Source: Lama glama (taxonomy: Eukaryota). From it: DNA of 64,000 nt. This document shows positions 38,148 through 49,830 of this stretch, one piece after another (positions within the stretch are counted from its first letter, which is position 1; each line of letters begins with the position of its first letter). Position numbers and translations under genes: made by a program. The DNA is taken from contig CM052818.1 of assembly GCA_028534125.1 (NCBI GenBank), positions 20,462,001-20,526,000 on the forward strand, written 5' to 3'. Under the pieces are notes generated by a model, which was not told the DNA's origin, ran no database searches, and saw nothing but the letters and a program-made list of their open reading frames with translations.

Positions 38148-38353
38148 CAGCACTGACCAATAGAATTTTTTGCAGTGACAGAAATGTTCCATATCTGCAC
38201 TGTCCATTATGGTAGCAGCTAGCCACATGTGACTAACGAGCACTTGAAATGTACCTGGTGTCATGCAGGAAATGCATTTTCAGGGTTTTTTTTTAATTTA
38301 ATTTCAATTTAAATAACCACAGGTGGCTGGTGGTTACACACTGGATAGCACAA
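38148..38353 (+). mobile_element. MER3-like hAT MITE inside an old minus-strand L1 fragment (38088-38440)
   Basis: cactgaccaatagaattttttgcagtgacagaaatgttccatatctgcactgtcc...agccacatgtg...gagcacttgaaatgt. Confidence 0.8.
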
Positions 38354-38572
38354 ATCGATACTCACCCATTTCTCTTCCCACTATGTTGTTTTGAAGCAAA
38401 TCCCAGACATCATATTATTTCACTCATGTTACCAATATCTTTTAAAGGTTTCCAGATGATTCAAATGTGAAACCACTGTTGGAGACCAAACACTAGTCAA
38501 TCAAATATTCAGTACTGTAACAAGCCATTTCCTTAGAGGACAGACTTTCAGCAGCTCAACAATCTTGAGAAC

Positions 38573-39090
38573 AAGGTTCTCAACCTTGAGTGCACATCCA
38601 ATCACCTGGGGAGCTGGAGCCATGCCCTGGCTCCACCTCTAGAAATTCAGGTTTCTCTGTTTGGAGATACAACTTCTTCCTTTCCCTCCTCCACCCTCAA
38701 TTTTCCATGAGCTCCTCATGTGATTCGAATGTGTGGTCAGCACTGAGAACCCCCGCTTTAAAGTCTTTCTATAGAAAGCATGTTCCACAGACCAGGAGTA
38801 TCAGCATCACCTGGGAGCTCATCAGAAAAGCAGACTCAGGGCCACCCAAGACCTTCTGAATCAGATTTACATTTCAACCAGGTTCCCCAGGTGGCTTGTA
38901 TGCACATTAAATTGGAGAAGTACTATTTTAAAACAGTGGTTCTCAAAGTGTAGCACTGGTTAGGAATGAAAATTTTGGGGCCTCACCCAGACCTACAGAA
39001 TCAGAACCTCTGGGAGTAGGGCCCAGCAAGCTGTATGTTAACCTGCCCTCCTGGGGATGCTGATACATGCCCAAGTTCAAGACCCACTAT
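38573..39090. mobile_element. Cluster of three MER5A/MER5B-like elements
   Basis: ggttctcaacctt...aatcacctggggagc; atcagcatcacctgggagctcatcagaaaagcagactc; cagtggttctcaaagtg...cccagacctacagaatcagaa. Confidence 0.8.
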
Positions 39091-40889
39091 CATGGCATCT
39101 AGAACATAACTCCACATTGCCCAAGCAGTGATTATAAAAAGAGCACTTCAAAAGAGAAGCTGAAGCCATCCTCGGGCTCCCACACAAACAATTATACATC
39201 AATTAAGATATCTCTTTATAATCCGTGACATAGAACAAGTAAGTAGGAGTGGTGGGGAGGAATTAAAAACAAAGCAACCTGGGGCCCTTAGAAAAATTCA
39301 GGCCGATAATTGATGTTCGTAAAAATGTTCAAAATACTGAACACATCAGTTGTGTTCAGTATGTTCTCCTTAAGGAGGCAACCAAGTTTACATTTTAGAA
39401 ATACTTTAATTATAACGTTTTACTTTTCTTTCAAGTGAAAAATAATTGCTGAGAACAGTCTATTGTGTTAAGTGTTTCATTCCGAAATATCTGGCGGAGG
39501 AAGGGCAAGAAAAAAGATTATACCAGGGTGGCATGGTAGGACCCAAGACCATTCTCCAAAGCAATTATTATTACGCTTTTTGAGGTTCTGAATTCTTCTG
39601 ATACTGGAGCAAAGCTCTGAATCTTCTTCTCTTAGAATGTGTGTCCAGAATATACAGAAAACTCTGCACCCAATGTCAGAGGAGTGAAAGCCCCCAGGTC
39701 AAGGGGTCTGATGCTGAGGACGCTTATCTGGCGTGGAAAGCAAGTTGGAGAACAGAATGCAGCTGTTCCAGGGACAGAGCATTCAGACCCCATGCTAACT
39801 CCTGGCTTACTCTCTAACCAGTTAAATGGCAAAGACTCATTCCTCCTCTAAATATGTGGCAATTTCACTGTTGCCATTCTACAGGTCAGGACACTGAAAT
39901 CTGGAAAAATGAAAAGCTAGTCTAGATGGGCTGTGGATAGAGTCAATCCTTCAATCTCCATGGCCTTTCAACTGGCCCAGGAGGATGTGTGCTGCCCTCC
40001 ACACATCTCTAGGTCAGCCAGGCACATGGTCCCATCCTTACTGCCCACCCTGTAGAGTCCTTCTCCTACACGTTCAGAAGAAGCCTGCCACCTGTGACCT
40101 TGCCACCAGGAAAGACCCATCTCTGCTTGCAAGCCTCTTCCAAGCCAGGTAGAGTTGATCAGCCTATGCTTTTAGCCTCAATAAACCCTGAACAGAAAAA
40201 GCTCCGAACCCTTTGACACTGTATTGCACTTACTCTGTTGTATTTCTAAAGCGTGAACTCCTTGGGAGTAGAGATGGTATATGGCTCATCTTTGTATCCC
40301 CAGAGCTGACCCGTGAGCACGCAGCAGGAGGAAGGGTGGGCAAGCACCCCTGCAGCTCTCAGAGATTCACACTGGGGCAGCCTTTAGGACTCTCCAAGTG
40401 TTATTTTACCCCAGTGCTGTGTTTGCGGACAAGCCTGTGTCTAAGACCAAACTCTAAGCCCCCTCAGGACCCGGACGAGTAGATTTTATCTTTAGGCAGA
40501 AGTAACAAGAGCCACATTATATAGGCAACACAGTGGGTGGCCCTGAGACCCTCCAACCTCCTAAAGAGTCAAGTCTTCCAAACAAAGTAGCCAGTAAGGT
40601 CTAGGCCGAATGCTAATGAGATGTCAGGAAATGGGGAGACTAATTCGGCATACCCTCCTTCTCCAGGTCCCAAACCCACATTATTAGGACAAACCGTGAG
40701 TCCGGCTGCCCCTTCCCACAAGCCCGCAGCCCCTCAAACACCACATACTACCCCCAACTCCTCCCTTCTCCTCCAGCAGGGCCCTAGCACATCGGCGAGA
40801 GGAGGCTGTGCAGCCTCTGGCACCAGGGAGTAGAACAGAGAACCAGTAAAGCTGTTTTTCTAAATGTTTCTCAGCCAGAACACTCAAAT

Positions 40890-41070
40890 CTGAGGCGGGA
40901 GGGTACCTGAGCTTCCAGCGCTGACGCAGAATCAGTGGAGCTAGGAGCTGAGGCGCACGCACGCTGCGCGGCACGGCGGATTTGTGAGCGCCGCGCCCGT
41001 GTGAGCATGCGCGGACATGCGTGCCTGCGTGTGCGTGCAGCGGGCGCACGCACAGGCGGAGCCGGGTTGA
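40890..41070 (-). promoter_or_regulatory. Mini CpG island / candidate internal promoter with first-exon donor
   Basis: Dense CpG in non-repeat DNA; NRF1-like gcatgcgc/gcgcacgc motifs, GC-box-like aggcggag, CRE-like tgacgca; minus donor CAG|gtaccc at 40907/40906. Confidence 0.55.
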
Positions 41071-41639
41071 TTTGGTTAAAAAGCTGCCTGCGGTTGAGTC
41101 CCAGCAGTACCCAAAGTCCTGGGCCCCGCTCCTTTATTCACATCACCTGCAGGATGACGGGGAAATAGGTTTCCCAGCACTGCAGCCCTTGGGAATGGGC
41201 CACAGAGTCAGAGTCCGGCTGCAGGGACACAGGAAACCAAAAGAGCTGGGCAAAGAGACCCCTGCCGCTCAGACTGCACAGGTGGGAAGCACCTGATGCC
41301 TTATTGTGAACAGTGCCATATTCCCTCATGACGGTCTGGTTGGAGAGTAGTTGACACCACAAAACAAGGCAGAGAACAATCTAAGAGAGGCCTAATGCAT
41401 CACCAGGGAGTTCTGCAGGGCTTCAAAAAGGACGCCAAGCCACACCACGGCGGGGTCTAGGAGATGCTATGCAGGTGCTGAGACCTGGAAGGGCGAAGGA
41501 GGAGGTAACATGTATACTGGGTGGCAATACAATGGGGAATTGAGATGAACTGATTTTAAATATTTATAAGCTCAAGGCAAAATGTCAGTGAGTTTAAAGG
41601 ATATGAAGCGGGGAGCAAAAGCCCTTTCGGCCCCCTTCC

Positions 41640-41970
41640 TACTTCTCAGAGGTAAAATTTTTTTGTGTACACAAACCTACTGTGTGTGTATGTATGTGTG
41701 TTTCTTTTTGCATGAATAACATCATACTATACATATTATTCCAACTTACTTTATTAATCTAATCATTTATTTTGACCATAGTTCCCCATGAATTTATCAA
41801 AATCAGTCATGGCTGCTAATTCTATTATGGGGAGGTACAAAATACCCCTTAGCTCTAGACATTTACCCTGTTTCCAATATTTTTCTGTTTCAAATCTAGT
41901 GATGTGTCTTTACCAACCTGAGCAGGTTTGCCCTTGGGATAAACCTGCAGCAGAAATTTCTCGGTCAAGA
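41640..41970 (-). mobile_element. Old L1ME-like 3' fragment
   Basis: catcatactatacatattattccaacttacttt...gacatttaccctgtttccaatattttt. Confidence 0.55.
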
Positions 41971-43459
41971 GAAACTCCAATTACCTTTCCATCAATAGTT
42001 CAAATGACACTTACTGAGTGCCTACTATGTGCAAAACAAAGGTAAGAATAAAAGAGTTCTTACTTTAATGACACTGAAGGTAAACTGACCTTGGGCACCT
42101 GACCTCAAGTAGGAAGAGGCCATTTATTGAAGGATGGATTAAGAGCATTCTACTCTTTATATTTTTTTCTTTTTTATGTATATATATTTTTATGATAAAT
42201 ATTAAATGTGCAGCCTAACATTTGGGTTACAAAACATTACTGCAGAAAAGGTAATTACATGGCATATTTATACCAATCTATCATACATCATAAATTCTTT
42301 TCACTGTCTTCAGCACAACCCAGTGTGTGATAAATTATGTGCAAAAAAAAAAAAAAAACCACTCTGTACTTTTTCAGAATTATCTCCCAGGGGTTGCAAG
42401 GATTGCCTGTGGGGGTCAGAACCAAATTAGTCTCTAGCCTCAAACCCACCCTCACCCTTAAAATCAGCCCCAGCAGGAAGGAGCATTGACATCAGGCAAT
42501 AGCTCAGCTTGCTGTTTTCTCAGCCAGAAAACCAGTGAGTAGGAAGCAGGGTTCCCCAGTTGGGCTGTGATTTCCTGAAAAGCCAAATTCTCATTGCTTT
42601 CCTACCCAGACCCTTTCTCTGCCCCCCACCCTTTTAGCCAAAGTGAAAGTCTTCTTAAAACAGCACACAAACCTTGGCATCAAAGATCTGTGCTACTCAC
42701 TGGTTCCCCCAAAAATGCTTGTCTGGGACACGGGTTAAGGAGCCGCCAAGAAGAGGTCATTGATCTCTGTCTCCAGGGCTCAGCGGCTTTGGCACCAGGA
42801 GGGGCCAAGGCTTTCCAGATGTTCCACTGAAGGGCTGGACTGCAGCCAGAGGAGCCCTGCAGATCTACAAAGAGATGCCTGTTCCCCAAGTGTGCACCAG
42901 GAGAAATCAAAAGCTCTCTGAAGAGAGTGACTGCCCAAGTGGGCTGGGCCCTCACAGAGACTTCTGTCTCTTCCTCCTGTCCTCACTCACTGTCCACAAC
43001 CACCACCCAGCTCTGGTTCTCCACCACTTCCCAACACCCCCTCCCCCAGCACTCAAATGCACACTCATTTCCCCCAAACTACCAGCTCTGGTTTCCATAG
43101 CAACAGAGCAAAAGCCAACTGGGTTTGAAAAAGCAGCAAATTTGACAGCGACCATGCAGAAGGAGAAACAAAAAATAGCCTGGGAAATTCTGGGCTCACC
43201 CTAGAAATCTGTCCTCACAGGAGTGCCAGCCCATCAGGGGGCCCCAGCTACAACTCTAAAAAACTGAGCTCTCGGCTCCCCAGGGCACAATTCCCTTCCT
43301 CTGACTCCATCCACCCTCTCTGGAAAGCAAAAGACCAGAGATACATCAAGTAATACACTACATAAGTTTGAAAGATATTTGAATAAGGAGCAAATCCTAA
43401 ATACAGCATTTGGATGATTATATCACAAAGCTATCATGACTACTACTAATACCATTGGT

Positions 43460-43640
43460 TCAGTCATTCATTGAATAAACAGTATTGAGCACCTACTGTG
43501 TGCTGAGCACTATCCAGGTTGCTAGGGATGCAATGATAAACAAGTATGACAAAATTCTTGCCCTCTGGAGCTTACATTCTAGAGGGACAGACAGATAAAT
43601 GAACAAACAATAATTTAAAAAGACAGCCAGTGCAGTTTAA
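43460..43640 (-). mobile_element. L2 3' end
   Basis: cattcattgaataaacagtattgagcacctactgtgtgc...gccctctggagcttacattctag. Confidence 0.8.
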
Positions 43641-45979
43641 AAAAGCAGCTGAACACCAAAAATTACTCCCAGAGAGTATGTTTTGGTGTACAAATGGAGG
43701 CAGTATGATAATATAGAGGGAAAACTCGTTTTCTATCTATGTATCTGGTGCTTTACTTTCAAAATGTGCCTTTGTGCATCTCAGCCCATTCTGCCATCAC
43801 TCCCTGTTGAGTTAGTGGGTGGGAGGCATCAGGTGCTCATTTACCCAAGCAGAAACAGAAGTCCAGACATGAAAAATGACTTGTTCAAGGTCCACCCACC
43901 AAGTTTCATTCTGTGAATGTCTATTTATCAGAAAACCACACAGAGAACGAAAAGATTAGCCACAAATTAGGGGGAGATATTTGCAACAAATATAACTGCA
44001 TCTGAAGTAATAAGACATAGACCAAAAAAAGCATAATAGAAAAATGCACTGGTTTGATTTCTGTTTTAAAAAATTAAAAATAAAAGCAAAATAGGTCCCC
44101 CTACAGGCAGAGCTAGGTGTTTCTAGTTGGCCTGGCAGTCTAGTGGCTTCAAGGACCATAATTACAGCCAGGGAGAGGTCGAGTAGCTAGATGAACATCT
44201 GTAATTAAGCAGGTGAAATCTGTCTTCCAGGCTCCAGGCGCACTGCCGATGGCCCTCGTGACCCCAAACCCACCTATTACAGGCAGTTCTTGACTTACAT
44301 ACATTTTGACTTCAAACAGCACAGAGGCCAAACATGGACACACACCATCAGCCAGCAGTGAAATCTCACAGCAGTGCTCTCTGCTGACCGAGCCACACTG
44401 CCGCCTCCGCACATTCGCCATACTTACCTGGACAGCGGTCACTCGTTAATTCACAGAACACACGTTTCCTAAGCACCGCAGTACACTGGCACTGTCTAGG
44501 GCCATGAAAGTACAGCAGAGACCAAAATAGACACAGGCCTGGCCTTCTTGGGGTCTAGAGTCTAAAGAAAGCCCTTGTGCCTTTATTGAATAGTTTATTA
44601 CCTCCTGCTCTTTTTTGTTAAATAAGAATGATGGTTAAGGAAAAAAGTGAAAATATTGACCTTATGATAAGGTGCATCTTTTCTCCCTTAGAGAAGAGAG
44701 TCTAGTACAGCAAATCAGCAAAGGGTCCTCAGGGGGCAGCAAAGGCCCCTGTTTAGCCTCAGTTAGATCCTCCTGGCACTTAAGCAGGTTGACAAGCTGC
44801 CCGGATGACCAAATGAGATAAAAAGATGGTGGAAATATTACTAAAAATTGTGTCTACACAATGAGACATGAGAGAATTTCACAGGATATTTTAATTTTCT
44901 GGGAAGGGAATCTCCCATTATAACATTTAACTCGGTTATTCAAGCTTTCACTCCTTTGCCCTTCAGACATGCTTTTTTTAGAAAGCATCGTGCACAAAAT
45001 GAGGGGACTGCAAACCTGGCTGCTGGTCCTCAATGCACAAGGAGGTTAAAGGACTTCTAGGGCTTAGGGTTTCATCTTTCTACAAGGGTTGGTCTTTTTT
45101 TTTTTTTTTTGAGGGAAGGAAGAGTTAGCTATCTAATGGCATCAAAACACACTATTAATGTGAAAGCTCTGAAGGTAATTTGAAGCATTAGACAAAGTAG
45201 GTCAATGGTGGGTGGGAGGAGGGGGTCAGCCACCTTCCTGGTGTCCCCACCTCACACAGGCATTAAATTGTTTGGTTTGTTCATGGCAATCATTACTCAC
45301 CACAGTGAGAATCTATCGACCCCAAACCGAACCTTTTCTCAGGGCAAGAGGTTGAGTAAACCCTTCTCAAAGAAACCTTAGTTCCTTCCCCTTCTGTAGC
45401 ATCCACGCAATACCCTTATCAATTTGGGGAGAAAATCCTTACCTCCCAGCAGACATGAAAAAGTATGACGAAATGATGTTTTCCCTCAAGTCAGGGGCCT
45501 CTATGGCCCTTTTCCTTCCCCGAGATGGACCTGTTCACAGACGCACACCAATGGACCACTCTAAGTGAACTCCACATCCATCCACATGTGAGAGAGAATT
45601 AAGGGGTGAATACTGATGTTACAAGAGATTTTTCTACTTAACGTCTTCACACAATTTGAGGTCCATTCAAATAGAATCCTTCCCTAGATCTCTGGAAACA
45701 AGATTCAAGTTTTAACATTTCCATTTTTGCCTAAATTTTCAAGAAGGAGAACTATTCTGTAAATAGATGCTGAGATCCAACTGATCCCCTTTTCCCATTT
45801 CATACACTCTTTTTCTCTACCTTTTTTCCATGCAGACCTTGGATTTTTTTCAAATAAAATAAACATTTGCCTTATTATTTGCCATTTGTAGATACTTACG
45901 GAAGTTATGTTACAGATACTCAGATCTTACAAAACACCATTAGAAGAAGAATCTTTTCTACAATATTTTAAAATGCTCA

Positions 45980-46230
45980 TTCAGCCTGCAGAGATGGAGA
46001 GCCCCCTACTGAGCCCCCTACACTGCTCAAATGTACTTAACTGCTAATAAGTAGTTACTAAACTAAGCTGAAAGTTGCCTCCCTGGAACTTCTACCCCTC
46101 TGGTCCCCAAGCTGCCCTAAGGAGCCACAGGGTAAGTTCTCCTTCTTTTCTTGTCCATATTTTAAATTCTTAAGACACCTACTATGTCTCACCCACTACT
46201 CAGGATTCTGTGCTTCGGCGAGAAATAACT
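45980..46230 (-). mobile_element. L3/CR1 3' fragment
   Basis: ccctggaacttctacccctctggtccccaagctgccctaaggagccacag...cttaagacacctactatgtc. Confidence 0.55.
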
Positions 46231-47368
46231 GAGTCTGGCTCCGTGGTTATAAATATAAAGAGAAATCAGGAAACCTTCTCACTGGCTCACACCTGTATTC
46301 AGAAAGTCTTCACTCAGAGAATCCAAAATCCTAAGCATTCACTGGATCATAGCATCTTAATGCCGTCAGTGCAGTCCAACTGAGGGCCAGAAACACTCAA
46401 TGATTTGTTCACCTTCAACTGGCTGATTAGAAACAAGGCCAAGAACAGAATCCAAGCTTCTGATTTCACTAAAAGGGGTTGCTCCCACTACATTTCATCA
46501 TAAAGCTGCTTATGCTGAATTCAGTGTAACTAACTGGGGGCCTTGTGCTCAGCCCTTTGAGGCCCCACGATAATCCAGGCTTCCGTGGATTTTGTCTAGG
46601 CCTCCATGGTAGCTAGTCTCATGATGGCTTTGGTTGGTCCGGGTCCCCAGTGGACAAAGAGGTGCCAAGTACAGAGATGACCCCTGTTCCCAGTCTGGCT
46701 TTGTGTAGTCCAAATGGCAGGACAGCCTTCTGGGCTCAGTGCTATATTATGGGGCCAGCTCTCAGCTCTAAGCCCATTTTCCAGAGGTCTTTGCCCTTGA
46801 ATAACTTGTGGCTTACTGGGGTAGGCAGGGTACAACCAGGACTCTAGTTATAGATACAATATAAATATATGAGTACATAGTTGTACAGAAAGACAGAGGA
46901 GTGTGGGAGGGGATACAGTGTGTGAACCAGTGAGTGGGGTGGGTCGGCCAGCGTAGGAAGGCCCCCAGGAGGAGGCAAACTTGAAATCAAATTTTGAAAG
47001 AATAGAGAAGTAGTCGAATTAACAGGAAGGTGACAGGTATTATAATTGGGGACTTGGTGTGTGTGGAGGCTCTGAGGTGGCCTCAGAACACTCCTAATAA
47101 GTACCAGGCACAGAAAGCTTAACCGTGCAGGCCCGCACCCACCCGTGAAATTGGCTGTACAACAAAATGTGAAACAACAGATTATTCAAAGCAACGTCAG
47201 TCCAAACACCTTGTTTATCTCCATAGTTTCCTTTCAAAGTAACACTTTCTCCTGTTATTTCACTTCATCATGCATTCATTTATTCGACAAGTAAAAAATC
47301 ATGTCCCTACTGTGTACCCAGCACCTAATCCAGAACTCCCTCTGTGTTTCTCCACCCATTAAACGCAG

Positions 47369-47405
47369 GTGCAACTTGCCTACCTTGGAGGACGAGCGCG
47401 CAGAG
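47369..47405 (+). other. Candidate 37-nt micro-exon
   Basis: Branch-like cctaat, pyrimidine tract, cgcag|GTGCAA...CAGAG|gtgagt. Confidence 0.3.
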
Positions 47406-47909
47406 GTGAGTTCTAGCAAGGTCCCTTGGGTGAGTTATTTTAATTAAAGCCCCAGGATCCAGGAGAAAATTAGCACAGTGGGATCAAATTCAAGCACCAC
47501 TCAATACTTGAGGGTATTTATAGAAAAGCAAACACAAAACAAAAAATCCAATATCCTGACTGGTTGCTTTTTGTCTTCCAGGTATAAATTGGTGCTTGTT
47601 CTCCTAGCTGAAGAACACCGACGTTATCCGTTTTGACCTTCTACAGATGATTAAAGCCAGGACTGGAACACCAGGACCCAGGCACTGGCTACCTCATTAG
47701 GAATATACCAAGTGCTTTCTCAGCCCTTTCCCAGAAGAAAGGAGAATCGAGAGAGAAAGGATACTAAACAAAAAAGGATCCAAAGGTATTGATTTTGAGA
47801 AGGAAGAAATGGTTGGAAGTTGGGGAAGAGAGAAAGTAGATTTCCCTCTTAATTTTCAATCCCACAGAAACGGGTTCAGAGGGGAAATTATACATCTTAT
47901 AACTTCTCA

Positions 47910-48045
47910 CTACTCAAAGTGCTGTCTGAGGACCAGCAGCAGGGGCACCTCCTAGGAGCTGGTGAGAAATGCTTATCTTAGGTCCCACCCCAGGCCCACT
48001 GAGTCAGAAGGTGCATTTTCAAAGGTTCTGGGTGATTCCCAGTCT
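47910..48045. mobile_element. MER5A fragment
   Basis: ctactcaaagtg...gaccagcagc...cctaggagctggtgagaaatgc...cactgagtcagaa. Confidence 0.75.
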
Positions 48046-48472
48046 TAAAACTCTTTAAGCCTCAGTTTTCCCATCTGTAAAATAGGGATGATAAAATGGC
48101 AGCTTGATTTTGGTTTAAATAAAATAATCTCTGGACAGAGATTTGGCTTCAAATTTTTGTTCTCTTTCCCTTCCTCCTTCCAGGTGTTCTTCTCTGTACA
48201 CATTTCTCTTGGTTTTAACTCAGAACTGCAGAGGGACAAGGGGGGTTAGTCTCACGCCTTCTCTGTGTATCATGGAGGCCAGTGAGGTCCAAGTAGAACA
48301 GATGACTAGTTGCTGGACATGCACTAGCTTGGGAGCAACTTGAAGGCCTATGTCTTTTCCATCTTTGTTTCTCCAGCTCTTGGCATGGTGCCTGGCAGGC
48401 AACAGACTCTCCATATACCTCTGTTGAATCAATTGGTGCATCCAGTAATTGACTAATTGTGGTACACAAGCT

Positions 48473-48545
48473 AAAATGCAGGTGTCTCTGAAACTGACTG
48501 TGCTTCAATAAAAATATATTTTTAAAAATGCAGGTGTCTCTGAAA
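48473..48545 (+). mobile_element. ~31-nt L1 3'-tip insertion flanked by 21-bp TSD
   Basis: aaaatgcaggtgtctctgaaa at 48473-48493 and 48525-48545 flanks ctgactgtgcttcaataaaaatatattttta. Confidence 0.7.
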
Positions 48546-49514
48546 TCCTAGTCCCAATAACACAGATATACACCTGAAAGCAAACTTGCCCTGAGTTCAC
48601 TCTTTCTGACATTTCCCAAAGAATTCACACCTGGCTAATAGTTGAGGCCATGGGTTCCTGCTGCAGAGAACAGCTCTCCGAATGAAACATCACCATTATT
48701 CTCAGTGTCAGGAAACAGGCAGACTTGAGTGCCTGGAGAGGAGGAATGACCCAGTGGCAGCCAGTGTGCCCTACTTAGCTGGGCAGAAGGCACCCCAGCT
48801 AGTGCAGCCTCTCAGTTTGTGGAGATGACCAAGCTTGGGATAAGCAGCAGGTGGCCCTAAATGCTAGAGAGCAGGGGCCCGTGCTAGTCAAAACACTCCC
48901 ATGGGATTGTCCACCCAGAAGGGTGTGAGCCTCTCTACATCAGGGCTGGGCACGCAGAGGCCAGCGGCTCCCTGGAATTAATGCTCTGTGTGCATCTTTC
49001 ATCCATCACTCACTCCATGAGAGTCTGGCTACCTGGTCCACCTGCCTCTCCATGTCGGGGGTGCTCAATCCTCGGCAACAGGCACAATCTGAGGGAATCC
49101 TTGATTTTGGTATATCCCACTGCAAAGCAGAGAGGTCTGTTGAGCTCTAGAGAACCTGAAGTGGGCATCGTGGATGCCTGGAGCATCTTGTCCTTAGATG
49201 TTCACGCTGTGGATCCTGAAGGTCATTCTTCTCTACCTAGGTCTTCTGGAATCTGTCAGAGCCTCTGGCCATGGGTAAGTCACAGTCTCTGTGTGTAATG
49301 GAATGGTCACATTTCCATTTAATTGATTTGTTTTCAAATTTTCTAACTGTTTTAACAGCTCATGCACATACATGGGAAAGAAAACCAAGACGATAGGCAT
49401 TGACAAGAAAGGTTCCTTCCTTTCTAAATGCACCCTATCCCTTCCCCAGAGACGACTGCTATTCCCAGCGTGTGATGTATCTTGCAAAGACAGCTCCCAC
49501 CCCACAAGCATGTC

Positions 49515-49830
49515 CACTAGAATGGAAGGCCTCTAAAAGCAAGGATTTCAGTTTTCGCTGTTCCCTTAGGTGCCCCTAACACCAGAAAGAGTGACTGGCA
49601 TAGGTTGAATGAATGTATAAATCAAATGTATTTCCTGAGTTCACATTTTGGTAAATCAAGTCTCAGTTGTTTGCCTTTATTTTATCTTCTGACCAGATGT
49701 ACCTTCAGTGGACAGTGGCTCTGTTTCCTCAACCCAGAAAGGAGGATAACCATTATTACCTGCCTTTCTGGGTTGCCATGGAGCTGATGAGAGCATGTGG
49801 AAGTGCTGGAGGTTGTTATGTACTGACTGC
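49515..49830 (+). mobile_element. L2 3' end followed by MIR
   Basis: cactagaatggaaggcctct...ctggcataggttgaatgaatg; ctctgtttcctcaacccagaaaggaggataacc. Confidence 0.6.

Noticed and set aside
42085..42104. TGACCT-n8-TGACCT nuclear-receptor-like site, and scattered CTCF-like motifs elsewhere
   Set aside because: Short motifs with mismatches; not supportable without conservation or ChIP data
40867..42530. Shared 14-mer tttctcagccagaa near 40867 and 42516
   Set aside because: Several 14-mer matches are expected by chance in a window this size
44420..44431. U1 snRNA gene or pseudogene
   Set aside because: The match stops after 12 nt; downstream sequence is not U1
45999..46021. gagccccctac tandem pair
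   Set aside because: Ordinary 12-bp slippage duplication inside an L3 remnant
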